Shown here: positions 39,739 to 51,059 of the stretch, piece by piece
Numbering within the stretch: position 1 is the stretch's first letter
Layout: every line of letters starts with the position of its first letter
Source of the DNA: Octopus bimaculoides
Taxonomy: Eukaryota
Direction: 5' to 3'
Length of the DNA: 54,885 nt
NCBI RefSeq assembly: GCF_001194135.2
Contig: NC_068991.1
Location: 40,782,461-40,837,345 of the forward strand
Program-made: the position numbers and the translations under genes
Notes under the pieces: model-generated
Told to the model about the DNA's origin: nothing
Seen by the model: only the letters and a program-made list of their open reading frames with translations
Databases searched by the model: none

Positions 39739-41232
39739 TTATGGTATCCAGGTGATAACTTCTGTGATCTTTGACTGTCTATGATTTTGAACAGCTATAG
39801 ATTCGCATAAGTCTTCAACAGCATAAAAACTGTCAAAATTTTCACAATTGTTCTCTTCTAAGAATCTTCTTACTGTTGACAGAGCAAGTCCAACATCTGT
39901 TGTAGAGACAGGTAGCATCACATCTTTATCATCCTCATCATTGCTGTCGTTACTATCTGTTGATTTTGCATCATCACTCATGAATGAGGCAACCAGTTCT
40001 TCATATGTTGGGATACTGTAACACTCCAGATCATCATCTTGAGTAACATACTCTTCAAACTGCTCTTTTGTCAACATAGTAGGCGGGACTACCACATCTT
40101 CTTCAGCAGGTGGAGTGTCAACACATGTAAAACCAGCTTTCTGGAAACAACTGACTATTGTAGAAGTCTTCAGATTGTTCCATGATTTTGCAATTAAATG
40201 AATAGCATCCAATAATGTGATTTTCTTGGCATTTGCTTTAATCTCTGGATGACCATCAATGTCAAGAATAAGATTTCTGACCAAGGCACTTCTATATAGT
40301 GATTTCAGAGCTTTTATAATGCCTTGGTTGCATGGTTGTTTTACTTTTATAATTTTTGATGGAAAAAACATCAGTTTGACTTGTTTAAGATTTGTAATTG
40401 CTGGGTGGGCAGTACAACTGTCAACAAGTAATACAATTTTTCTTTTCTTTCGAGTCAGCTCGATGTCAAATTCTCTCAGCCATGTAGTAAATATCTCTAA
40501 GGTCATCAAAGCATTTTTACTGTGTTTGTAGGTTACTGGGAGTGTTTTCCCATTGAGGCTTCTGGGGTCTTTATTTTTGCCAATCACTAATAATTTTCTT
40601 TTGTCATTTCCTGACATATTGGATGCCCCCATAATTGTAACTCTATCTTTGTAATTTTTGGTTCTGCTCTTTGTCTCTGACTTGAGGGTAAGCGTAAAGT
40701 CTGGAAGGGCTCTGTACAACAATCCAGTTTCACCTGCAATGTAGATGTCATCAGGATTGTAAGTCTGTAGAATCTCAGGTAATACTGTACGTGTCCAGTT
40801 ATCAACTGCATCTTTCTTCTCACAATTAAGCTTTTTGAATCTGATGTTATGTCTTACTTTCCATCGAGATAACCATCCACTTGTAGGATTGAACTCTGCT
40901 CTGTTTAGATGCTCTGCTAAATCTTTGGCCTTTTCCGACAGAATAGGTCCTGATAAAGGAATGCCTCTGGACTTGGCATTGTTGAACCATTGAGATAATG
41001 CCCCCTCTACATCAGCATCTTTTCCAGATCGTTGCCTTTTTCTCTTTGGATTGGCATTAGATCGATAGTTTGCTATAATTTCTTCTTTCTTTGAGGTCAG
41101 TCTGGATATCTGGGATTGTGAACATCCCAGTTTCTTTGCCACTTCTGTCTGGGACATCTTCTGCCCCAGCAGAATAACTGCTTCATACTGGTCAGCAATT
41201 GACAGATCGTTTCTTTTCCTCTTGGTTGTCAT
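39739..41232 (-). CDS. Tigger/pogo transposase-derived protein (TIGD/CENP-B-like: HTH-psq, HTH CENP-B, DDE_1), 497 aa, probably domesticated
   Basis: Uninterrupted ORF with Tigger motifs (LSIADQYEAV, GIPLSGPILSEKA, GWLSRWKVRH, IYIAGETGL, RKIVLLVDSCTAH, QPCNQGII, ITLLDAIHLIAKSW, TIVSCFQKAGF). No TIRs seen; AATAAA at 39482-39487. Confidence 0.88.
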   Translation of the reverse strand: MTTKRKRNDLSIADQYEAVILLGQKMSQTEVAKKLGCSQSQISRLTSKKEEIIANYRSNANPKRKRQRSGKDADVEGALSQWFNNAKSRGIPLSGPILSEKAKDLAEHLNRAEFNPTSGWLSRWKVRHNIRFKKLNCEKKDAVDNWTRTVLPEILQTYNPDDIYIAGETGLLYRALPDFTLTLKSETKSRTKNYKDRVTIMGASNMSGNDKRKLLVIGKNKDPRSLNGKTLPVTYKHSKNALMTLEIFTTWLREFDIELTRKKRKIVLLVDSCTAHPAITNLKQVKLMFFPSKIIKVKQPCNQGIIKALKSLYRSALVRNLILDIDGHPEIKANAKKITLLDAIHLIAKSWNNLKTSTIVSCFQKAGFTCVDTPPAEEDVVVPPTMLTKEQFEEYVTQDDDLECYSIPTYEELVASFMSDDAKSTDSNDSNDEDDKDVMLPVSTTDVGLALSTVRRFLEENNCENFDSFYAVEDLCESIAVQNHRQSKITEVITWIP

Positions 41233-42253
41233 TTTTTCCCCCTGTCTTCTCTAAACCACTCACTTGAATAAATATAATTTGAATATCGATTTATAAGACC
41301 CAGAAGGCGACAGTTTACTCCAAGCTTGGTATGGTCAAGTCCATTACTTCTTGAAGCAAATGTACATCTAATTTATCTTCCACCCGATAGAAGCTATTTC
41401 GTTATCAATACATATCATCTGTTGGCTTGAAGATCATTTGAATTATCAACTGAGGTTTTGCTATGTCCCATTCATATTTTCCAGTTACCCAGACTTAACG
41501 AGATCCATAGGCCCATCCATAAGCCCCAACATCGACTTTCATATACTTTGAAATAAAGATAACTTGAGTTACGCGGATTAAGAAAATTCAGTTGCCTCAA
41601 TCGCAGGTTCACGAAATAGATAATGAAAACAACAAAAAACGTCCATTCACCGCTTTGATTCAAAACTACTGCTTTACAAATTTTATCAACAACAAAGATT
41701 TTTTGAAGAATTTGATTACGCAGCGAAACCAAAGACAAAATATATAAGGAATCTGAACTTCAACAGTCTTTAAATGTTTTGATATTGCAAGATTAACTTC
41801 GATATACTTCTTTCTGTTTACATCGGTTGGTTGTAAACATGATGGTTTGACTATTGTCAGTTTAATTCATCATGAAACAAGCTTCCACAGTCATTTTATT
41901 CATAGAAAATCAAATAAATAGTTATTTTTATGCTACATTTTGTTTTGTGTTACTTAAAAATCCGAATAAATCTTATGCAATTAATCGGAATTAATTCCGA
42001 TAAAATGGCCCTACGTTTCTTTTAACGACTCGAATTTCAAACACAAAAATGTACTTGCAATTTTGATTAATCGTGCTTCGATGAGGTTCAGAGTAATACA
42101 AAAATAATTAATGGTTAAGCTAGATAAACTAATTTTTTTTTTCTTAATGTCTGCATTACAAATAAAAAAAAAAATACAACATCCTATATGGAGAAATTAC
42201 ATTCTGACAGAAAGTTTTGTATTTGGAAATAAATTATAGAAACTTTCTCTCAC

Positions 42254-42302
42254 CAATCCACGTTGTCTTTCCACAGGTATCACAAGTCGCTTTCTTACAC
42301 AT
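42254..42302 (-). CDS. 48-aa Cys/His-rich microprotein, coding exon 1 (MCKKATCDTCGKTTWI-G)
   Basis: Read manually on the minus strand: ATG TGT AAG AAA GCG ACT TGT GAT ACC TGT GGA AAG ACA ACG TGG ATT G|gtgaga. The phase-1 donor matches the phase-1 acceptor at 22715. Confidence 0.85.
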
Positions 42303-43149
42303 TATGAAAATTTTCGTGTTTTGTTTCTTCCAAGATCCAGAATATTATATTTATAAGTGTCAAAAGTCTCAACTTCTCCCTTAGCAACTCAAAAGCCTCC
42401 GAATTCTGTAGGAACGGACTTGAAACCGCAGTGGGCATATTTTTCTACGTTAAAAGAAATAGTTTCACCTATCGGCCTCCTTATAAAGGAATGTTTCGTA
42501 ATTATGTTAAGAAAATTAATTGCTTTTCGTTAATTTCTACACAAATTATAAATATTGTTTCATTTACTTTTGTAAATTTTCGAAGTAATTAAACACTATA
42601 AGAAAAAAAATTGTAATACATTAAAAATAGTTTCAGTTATCGTTCTCCTTGCAACTGAATGCTTCATAATTATATTATGGAATCTTTTTTTCATAAATTT
42701 CTGGATAAATTATAAATATTAATTCGTTTATTTATGTAAATTAAACACCTTAGGCAAAAAAATAAACTAAATTAATCTGTTTGCAAGCAGTATAACGAAC
42801 TGTGTAAAAGGATTATGGCGTAGTAATACGTAATCTCAGCCAGAAGGATAGGGTGGAGACCATTGTCTTAAACAATATGACTATAATATATAAGAATGTT
42901 TATTAAAGAGCTTCAACTAAAATAATAACAGTGAATAACAATTTCTCATAATAGCACAACTTCAGAGTGTGGTATGAATAAAGGTTATAGATCTTGTAAA
43001 TACAGCATTTCATTTCTAGACAACTACTTTTTCCTGTATTTCTTTTGTTTTTTTTTCACGACAGAACGAACTTGTTATTTCTTTTCTCGTTAAATATTTA
43101 TACGGCATTCGTAAATACACTATAACGTCTGTCCGTTTGGGTTGTGGAT

Positions 43150-43320
43150 TGGCAGAATCGTTAGAGCATAGGTGAAAATGTGTTGCGATATTTCTGTCGA
43201 CTCTTTACTCTTGGAATTCGTTTCCCGCTGAGATCACCTTTGACTTTAATCTGTAGCAAGATGTGAACTTGCGTTGCCATACATCCTTTCGGGGTCGATA
43301 AAATGAAAGAACAGTCAATA
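43150..43320 (+). mobile_element. tRNA-derived SINE family. Related copies at ~34505-34720, 43970-44090 and, on the minus strand, ~270-400, 1240-1400, 1730-1830
   Basis: TGGCAGAATCGTTAGAGC head, GAGTTCAAAT/GGAATTCG B-box region, and CCTTTCGGGGTCGATAAAAT tail motif. Confidence 0.7.
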
Positions 43321-44230
43321 ACTAACCCTCTCCCTTCATAACTGCGAGTTTTGTGTCTAAATTCGAAACCCTTATGTATAAGTGCAATGAGAAGGAACAG
43401 GAAAACGGGAAGGGTAGGTATGTTGAGGGTGCCACCTCTAACAATAATAAGAAAAAAATAAGTAGAGCATATTTTCCTCATATTATCTTCAATTGAGGTG
43501 TCTGAGTTCAAATTTATAATTTCACTACTTCGAGTTCAAATCCTAACATGTTGATTTTGACACTTTCATCTTTCAGGGTCAATAATGTAAGCATCGATTT
43601 AGTTGGCTATATAAGATTGGTCTTGAGTTTAATCGAAAGAAATCAATATTAAAAGAAGCAGACTATTAGCTATGTTTATTCCCTTCGTAATGAGAAAGCA
43701 TTTACCAATAAGCAAATAGAATAATATGAGTAACGATATTATAATCAATCCTGAATCAATAGTCACACTAACTCATATGCAGTTTCTATAATTTGCTTTG
43801 TTTGATTAAGCAAAGTTGTTTGCATAATAGCTGTACCCAGTCAATTATTAGTGGTTAGTTATGTCATAAATATCCAAGTAGTATTATAGCAATCTTTCAA
43901 ACTGATACAATCAGATAATATAAATAAAGTTCTAGAGTTGATGGTGTCATTTTGTCTCAAATCTAGGGAGGTGAATCAGCAGAATTGTCAAGGTGTGCAA
44001 TATTTCTGGCTTTTTGCATTCTGATTTCAAATTTCACCAAGATTGAATATGCCTTTCATCCTTCCAGGATCAATAAAATGAAATATATACTGCATACCTA
44101 AATAAATATTCCAGTTGTAAACACTTTGTCTTTTCAAGGTAAGGATCACAGTATTCATTGTGACATTTTCTAAGATAATATGATGTGAAATTTAGCTACT
44201 ATTTCTAAGAGATCAAATGATTGCATAGAG

Positions 44231-44480
44231 CAGTGGTTCTCATCCAGGGTCCCTATGGCCTCTGGGGGTCCACATAAGATTTTGTTGTTAAAATTTAGGT
44301 GCAATTAATTGTTTATATGTCTACAGTACACAAAACATTTAAAATTTTTTATTTAATTCCTATATAATTATAAAAATACAGTATGATGTATTTTTATACA
44401 CATTGAATGGCTATGGAGGTCAAGTAGAGTAAAATAGGAATCAAAGGGGTCAAGAGGTAAAAAATGATTGAGAACCACTT
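44231..44480. mobile_element. hAT (Charlie-like) MITE, 250 bp
   Basis: TIRs CAGTGGTTCTCA/TGAGAACCACTT; perfect 8-bp TSD GCATAGAG. Confidence 0.9.
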
Positions 44481-44627
44481 GCATAGAGATTCAATCATGG
44501 CTTGTTCTATGGTGAATCATAGCTGGATGAGTTAAGAAGGGGCTGGCCTAGAGATTGAGAGAGATTAATGTTTTTTTAAAGTCCATGACTAGGATGGTTA
44601 TGTAATGCTAGCCAAGGTATTTAACTC

Positions 44628-44928
44628 TGTAGCAGAGCTACATATAATATAGTAGAATGTGAGTCAACCTGCACAGCAGATGAATATATTGATGAGGCAT
44701 CTAGCCTCGCTTTGATACATGGGAGATTGCACATGGAGCTGCAGAGAAGACATGTCTTTGACCAAAGCCTGGCAGGAACTGAGGCCATTTCTACAGGGTA
44801 GCTCAGAGCAAGGCTAGTGTCTCAGAACAAGGCTACTGTATCAAAGCGAGGCTAGATGCCTCATCAATATATTCGTCTGTTGTGCAGGTCGACTCACATA
44901 TTACTATGTAATATGTAGTTCTGCCACA
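44628..44928. repeat. 301-bp foldback with 92-bp inverted arms (44628-44719 / 44837-44928) at the 3' LTR position of the Gypsy element
   Basis: 9 mismatches in 92 nt counted; termini TGT...ACA. Confidence 0.88.
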
Positions 44929-47900
44929 CAGCCTCCTGCTAGACTTGAAATAGTTGAAAAAAAGTAGAGATGGCGTATGTAAATATGCAGTGCAAAAAGC
45001 AGTAAGAACATGGAATACAAACAGAAGGATGCAATAAACAAAAAACTGAAATGAAAAGGCAAAGCATGGTAAGGGTAAACAGAATATGAATACAAAGAAA
45101 TAAGCAAAATGTTCAAGTTGAATAGGTAAAGTTCAAAGGAATACTATAAAGAACAAAACTGCATCATTGGTGATACGTGTTGAAAAGCTTTTGGTAAGTT
45201 CACAGATAGTTCGATATAGTTCAGATGTATATAGCTTTAGACAGCTCGATGGGCCAATGTACACGGTGACCACTACAAGTCATAGTAATGTATGTAGATG
45301 GAGGAGGGGTTGGTGTGTGTGATGGTGTTGGTGGTGGTTGCAGTGGAGTAGTATTTGTTTTATGTTGTTCTTTGAATGTGGGAAGTGTATGAGGTGGCAT
45401 TGTATCACTGTCTGTGTATGCCTGCTTAAGCCGGTTTATTGAGACAGTTTACTTTTTACCATTAATGTCTATGGTATATAGTTTGTTTGTGTGCAACAGG
45501 ACACGATAGGGTCCCATGTATGGAGCTGTGAGAGGGTTTTTCACAGCGTCATTTCATAGAAACACATGGGTCCAAGAATCAATGTCTTTCGGAACTGATG
45601 ATTTAGTGGTTTGGTCTCGTGTTGACACTGGTGGCAGTTCTTGCATGTATTTGTGTATGTACATAGTGGGGTCTTGTGTGGACAGATCTACTGGAGCCAA
45701 CATCTGGCCTGGCAATGAAAGAGGTGTGCCATAAACAAGTTCTGCTGGGGAATAACCGAGATCCTCCTTTATCAAGGCTCAACAGCCAAGAAGATATTCT
45801 GTTGGAAGATATTCACTCCAATGCTGCTGATCTGGGTAGGCATGCAAAGCAGGTTTCATTTAACGGTGGAACCGTTGGATTGTAGATGGTAACTGGTGGT
45901 TCGAATCCAACATGCACCTATGATCTTCATGAGCTCATGGAAGAGTTGCAATTCAAACTGTTTTCCAGTCGGTAGTGATGGTGGTGGGGACTCCATATCG
46001 TGATATCTATCCTGTGAGAAAAACTTTGGCAACAGATTCTGCAGTGATATCTACTAAAGGGATAGCTTCCAGTTAACATGTGAAATGACCAATGCAGGTG
46101 AGCAGGTAGGTATATTCCTGGCTGACTGGCCAAGGTCTGACAAGGTCAATGTGTACATGGTGGAAATGCACATCTGGTGTGTTGAATATGCCAAGGGGTG
46201 CTCGGATGTGCCTATGCACCTTTGACTTCTGACAGAAAAGGCAGGAGAGTGATCAAGCAGTGATGTCTTGTCTCATATTTGGCCAAAAGAATCTAGCCGA
46301 AATGAGTTTCACTGTGGCGGTGACGCCAGGTTATGCAGTGTACTGAAGACTGTCTGTCTGTGGATCTCCGGAACAAAAGGACAAGGAGAATTTGTGGAAG
46401 TATCGCACAAAATCTGTGCATCAGCTGTGGGTAGTACTTGAAGTTGCATGTGGCAAAGGCATCTGCTGCAGTGTTATCTATACCAGAGATGTCAGTGGTA
46501 AAAGGGAAAATGAAATCCAAGTGGCTGGTTTTCTGCGGAGAGTACTTGTCAGGCTTCGAACGCAGGGCAAAGGTGAGTTGCTGTCCCTTGAGTGCGTGCC
46601 AGAAATGCCTGACTGCTAAATACATAGCTAACAGCTCCCAGCCGAAAGTGCTGTAGTGAGTTTCAGCTGATTTAAGCTGCCGAGAGAAAAAGGCAAGAGG
46701 CTGGAGTTGTTGCTGGTGAAATTGTTGTAACACCATGTCTATGGCAGTGTTGGGTGCATCCACTACAAGGGATAGCTGAGCATCTCCGAGAAGGTGGGCA
46801 AGAAGCGATGCCCAAGTGAGTTGCTAATTTTCTGTGTTGAATGAGTCAAGTTGGGTAGAGTCCAACACTATTGGCTCATTCCTCTTTTTCCTCTTCCAAA
46901 GGAGCATGTTTAGCAGATATAAGATTTCAGCTGAATGAGGAACAAAGCATCGGTAGAAGTTGAATAGTCCCAAGAAATGTCAGAGCTGACGTAATGAGGT
47001 AGGTGGAGGTAACTTCTGCAATGCCTTCACCTTGTCAGGCAGTGACAATATACCTTCGGGACTGATGATGTGATCCACACTTGGTAAGTCTTGAACTGCT
47101 CAAACAGCTGACGTACATAATGAAGATATTCCTCGGGTGAGGCACTAGCTATCAAGATGTGTCGATGTATGCATGTATGAAGTCTAAGTCTCGGACGACT
47201 TCATCTACGAACCTTTGAAAATGTGCTGACTGAATTCCATAAATCAAATGGCATAGTTAGGAATTCAAAGGCGCCAAAATGAATGGTTACGGCAGTCTTT
47301 GGAATATCCTCTGGATTCACAGGAATCTGATGGTATGCCTTAACCAAGTTCAATTTGGTGAATACTCTGCAATTGCGGAGAAATGACACAAAATCCTAGA
47401 TGTACGGTTTTGGGTACCTGTCTGGCACTGTGATGGAGTTTAATCTCTTGTAGTCATCAGTAGGCCACCAGTCCCCGGAATGCTTTGGAAACATGTGCAA
47501 GAGTGATGTCCTGGGGCTATTAGAGGGGAAGATGATGCCCAACTGGAGCATGTGGTTATATTCTGCCTTGGCTGCCTTTAGCTCCTCCAAGGAGAGGTGG
47601 CGAGGGTGAGAAAAAAACCAAAGCACCTTTAGTTTCAATGAAATGGGTAGTGGTGTGAGTTGGAGCAGCAGTAAAAAAATTTAGGTTTGTCAGCTCCAGA
47701 TATGAGTTTAAGAGTGCAAGGTATGCGTCGTCCGTGGTAGCAATGAAGAAGACTGGACTAACCGCAGGGGTTAGTGGCCTTTTACCTAGGATAGAAAGTT
47801 CTATGGTCACGTCCCATAAGCGCCGAGTGCACATGTCCACAAGCAGGTGGAAGTGATGCAAAAAGTCTGCACCTGATATTGGGTAAGGGAAGTCACGTCG

Positions 47901-49383
47901 CAGATCTAAATCCAACAAGCGAGATATCTGGCCAAAAGCTGGAATTGATGAATGGTTCACCACCTGTAGTGTCACTGGTGATAACAGCGATTTATTCGCG
48001 AGTAGTTTTAACAGCCAGATACTGCAGGCAGCGGGCATGGGATATCCAGTCTGTTATGAAAAATGCACATTTGGTTGCTTGGCTGCTGCAGAGAATGTGC
48101 TGTGCTCAATCCTCTGGTTGGTCATTTTCCTGTTGAGAAAAAGTACAGAGTTGGGTACATTTATGTGCTGAAGCTCCAAACTTGGCATGGTACCAGCATA
48201 TGGATGAATGAGAAGAAGACAAGCAAGGGCAAGGTGAGAAGGAGCAATCGAAGGAACACCGTCTGGGTGAACATGACCTGGAAGTGCGAAGGAGCTGCAC
48301 TTCTCTCGTTAATTCAGCTATCACCTTTAGGATAGCAGCCAAGGCAAGGTCCTTATCAGTGGAAACTGATGCTACTGGTAGGTGTGCAGAGGTATTCAGT
48401 GGTACTGGGGTCGGCTTGGTGGTGTTGCCGGTATACTCTATGATTCTGTTGACGGTGGAGGCTATTTGCTCAACGGGAGTCATCTCTACTAAAGAGATGT
48501 TAGAGGGCAACCGGGGAAAAAATAGTTGTTTCAATAAAACACCATCAGCAGGTGCATTTTGGGCCAAGTCCTTTATACAGCGCAGAAGTTGCAAGGGTTT
48601 ACGGTCGTCCAAGTGCTCATCATTGATGAGGGTTTGAAATTTTCTTTCTTCCAGCAAGGACGTGTGTCGAAGAATCTCCTGCTTAATCCTCCTATACATG
48701 GCATCATGTGGGGGTTCGGTTATCAGGTCCCTCACGGTGGCTGTCAGGGACTGTGACATTGTATCAAGTAATATATGGAGCTTTTGGGCTTCAGAGGCCA
48801 TATTGTTTGTGGCAAATGTTGATTCGATCTGTGTCAACCACACTTTCACATCGCATGTGAAACAAGGTAAGGAACTGCTGTTCATGGTGAGACATGTAGC
48901 AGAAAGATGTCAGTTACTGGGGAAAAGTTTGTAAAATGGCATGTGACCATGCTGTAAGATATAACAGATAGCTTAGGCAGCTGTGTTGTATCCACGTGGG
49001 GTATTCAAAGTTAGTGTACATGTGTAGCTTGAGAAATGGCGTCAAAATGTGTGAAGAAAGACAAAATGGCGATGAGCTGCATGGTGTATCAGTTCATGTG
49101 TGCAAGAGAGAAAAGGAACATTTGGTTATTTCCCCACCACCAAATTTTTTTGTTTTTAGTCCGACTCAGCTACAAGAACAAAAGTGAATTATTTTTTTGA
49201 GTGTCGACATCCTAGCAACAGATTGTTCATATATAAAAATGTGTTGGTGTAAGTGCAGTGTGTTTGTAAATGACTTTGGTGTGTGTTTCCTTAGTAACAC
49301 ACATTTTTCTTTGAACAAGGTGTCCGACAAACCACTATATACACATATATATGTATATATTTTTTTTTATATCAGGGTCACCA
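44929..49383 (-). mobile_element. Degenerate near-full-length Ty3/Gypsy internal region (PBS, gag, protease, RT, RNase H, integrase)
   Basis: PBS-like TGGTGACCCTG at 49383-49373. Gag 48885-48106; RT FTKLNLVKAYHQIPVNPEDIPKTAV; RNase H PLAFFSRQLKSAETHYSTFGWELLAMYLAVRHF; integrase HVHIDLV and LGYSPAELVYG. PPT-like AGCAGGAGGC near 44930-44940. Many stops and frameshifts. Confidence 0.92.
48106..48885 (-). pseudogene. Gypsy gag-like ORF remnant (259 aa)
   Basis: VWLTQIESTF and EERKFQTLINDEHLDDRKPLQLLR motifs, and a C-terminal CWYHAKFGASAHKC, typical of this Gypsy gag class. Confidence 0.8.
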
Positions 49384-49403
49384 TTTTATAGTAGCTGTCA
49401 TTA

Positions 49404-49866
49404 GCTGTTCAAGTGCATGTTATTAAATGGAAAAACAGTTAGTATGAATCCCCATAAGACATGTTTGTGGATAAATATATTGTTTATTCTGTGTTCACCT
49501 TTTGTGGTGGAAGCATGTAGTATAATACAAAAACGTGTGTTTACATACAAAGAAAGGTATATACACCTTGACACAAGATATATGGTTAGTAATTGAAGAT
49601 ATTTTATCACACACACATTCTCAAAATGACTGTTCTTATTACACACATGCATACATACTGTAATACAAATATTATATGTTACTTCTTTCAGTGCTAAAGC
49701 AAAAGTCAAAACTTTCTTTGTATGTAAACATGCATGTTTTGATATCATACTACACGCTTCCACCATAAATGGTGAACACAGAATAAACAATATATTTATA
49801 CACAAAAATGTCTTATGGTGATTCATACTAATTGTTTTTCCATTTAATAACATGCACTTGAACAGC
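49404..49866. repeat. 463-bp foldback with ~155-bp inverted arms (49404-~49557 / ~49709-49866)
   Basis: GCTGTTCAAGTGCATGTTATTAAATGGAAAAAC... is mirrored at the right end. Confidence 0.88.
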
Positions 49867-50433
49867 CACTAAAACTCTTAACAAGCAACTCAAACCTAGG
49901 TATAAATAGCTGCCATGCAGAGGTACAACTAACTGCCATAATCAATATGTGTGCAGGAGGGTCTTTAGATTTTTGTGAAGCATTTCATCAGGTTGTAATA
50001 AGCTAAAAAAACCTACCAACGAACATAGAGAAGGCAACTGAAAACTGTTTCTCGATATTCTCCAAAGAATCGTCACATCAAGATAATTACACATTATGAA
50101 CAAGTTCCTCATACCACATATATCTAGTTTAATATAATGGAATTGAATCTATTTTTATTTGATCTCATTTAGTACCTAGCTGTTGTACAAAACATTGAGA
50201 AATGGACTTTGACCTACTTTAGGTTCTAGAACTCTCAGTTTCAACCTTAAGCCTACTGTCAAGATATGGTCAAACACTATGTAATTTATATAGCCATATC
50301 AAGTTTCTAAATCTCCACCTCACATTCTTTTTTCTATCTAAAACCATTGAAATCTAGCAAAATATGTTAGCCATGTATAAATAAACTCAGATATATGGGT
50401 ACAGGACGTCACCAATGGTGCAAATAAAATGAA

Positions 50434-50650
50434 ATATGTAAACAATGAGAGAAAAATGGAAAACAAGACAAATAAACACAGAGAAAGGACACTTCATCAG
50501 TTGTCGGCTGTCTATCTACTCTTCATTTTAACCATTCGACGATGAATGCTCGAAATGAGGAGTAGATAGACAGCCGACAACTGATGAAAGATCCTTTCTC
50601 TGTGTTTACTTGTCCTGTTTTCCATTTTTTTTTGTTGTTGTTTACATATC
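50434..50650. repeat. Long palindrome (~95-bp arms, 24-nt loop) of a Penelope-type terminal repeat-like sequence
   Basis: Core stem 50493-50528 / 50553-50588 has 1 mismatch in 36 and extends outward to ATATGTAAACAA; contains CTGATGAA. Confidence 0.75.
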
Positions 50651-50716
50651 TACCTCGCTTGTTTATGTATTTCATGTTATTTGCACTGTTGGTGATGTCC
50701 TGTACCTATATATGCA

Positions 50717-50771
<55 letters not shown>

Positions 50772-51059
50772 NNNNNNNNNNNNNNNNNNNNNNNNNNNNN
50801 NNNNNNNNNNNNNNNNNNNNNNNNNNNNNNNNNNNNNNNNNNNNNNNNNNNNNNNNNNNNNNNNNNNNNNNNNNNNNNNNNNNNNNNNNNNNNNNNNNNN
50901 NNNNNNNNNNNNNNNNNNNNNNNNNNNNNNNNNNNNNNNNNNNNNNNNNNNNNNNNNNNNNNNNNNNATACAAAGAAAACAAGGACAGGTCATTCGGAGT
51001 TTTCTTTCCTCAGTTGAGATCCAGATTATCTTTGCAATTTCGGCTGGTTATTCTCGATA

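Noticed and set aside
41233-41244. In-frame fusion of microprotein exon 1 to the TIGD ORF via the CAG at 41244-41242
   Set aside because: The CAG is 9 nt before the ATG (phase 0), while exon 1 ends in phase 1, and it lacks a pyrimidine tract.
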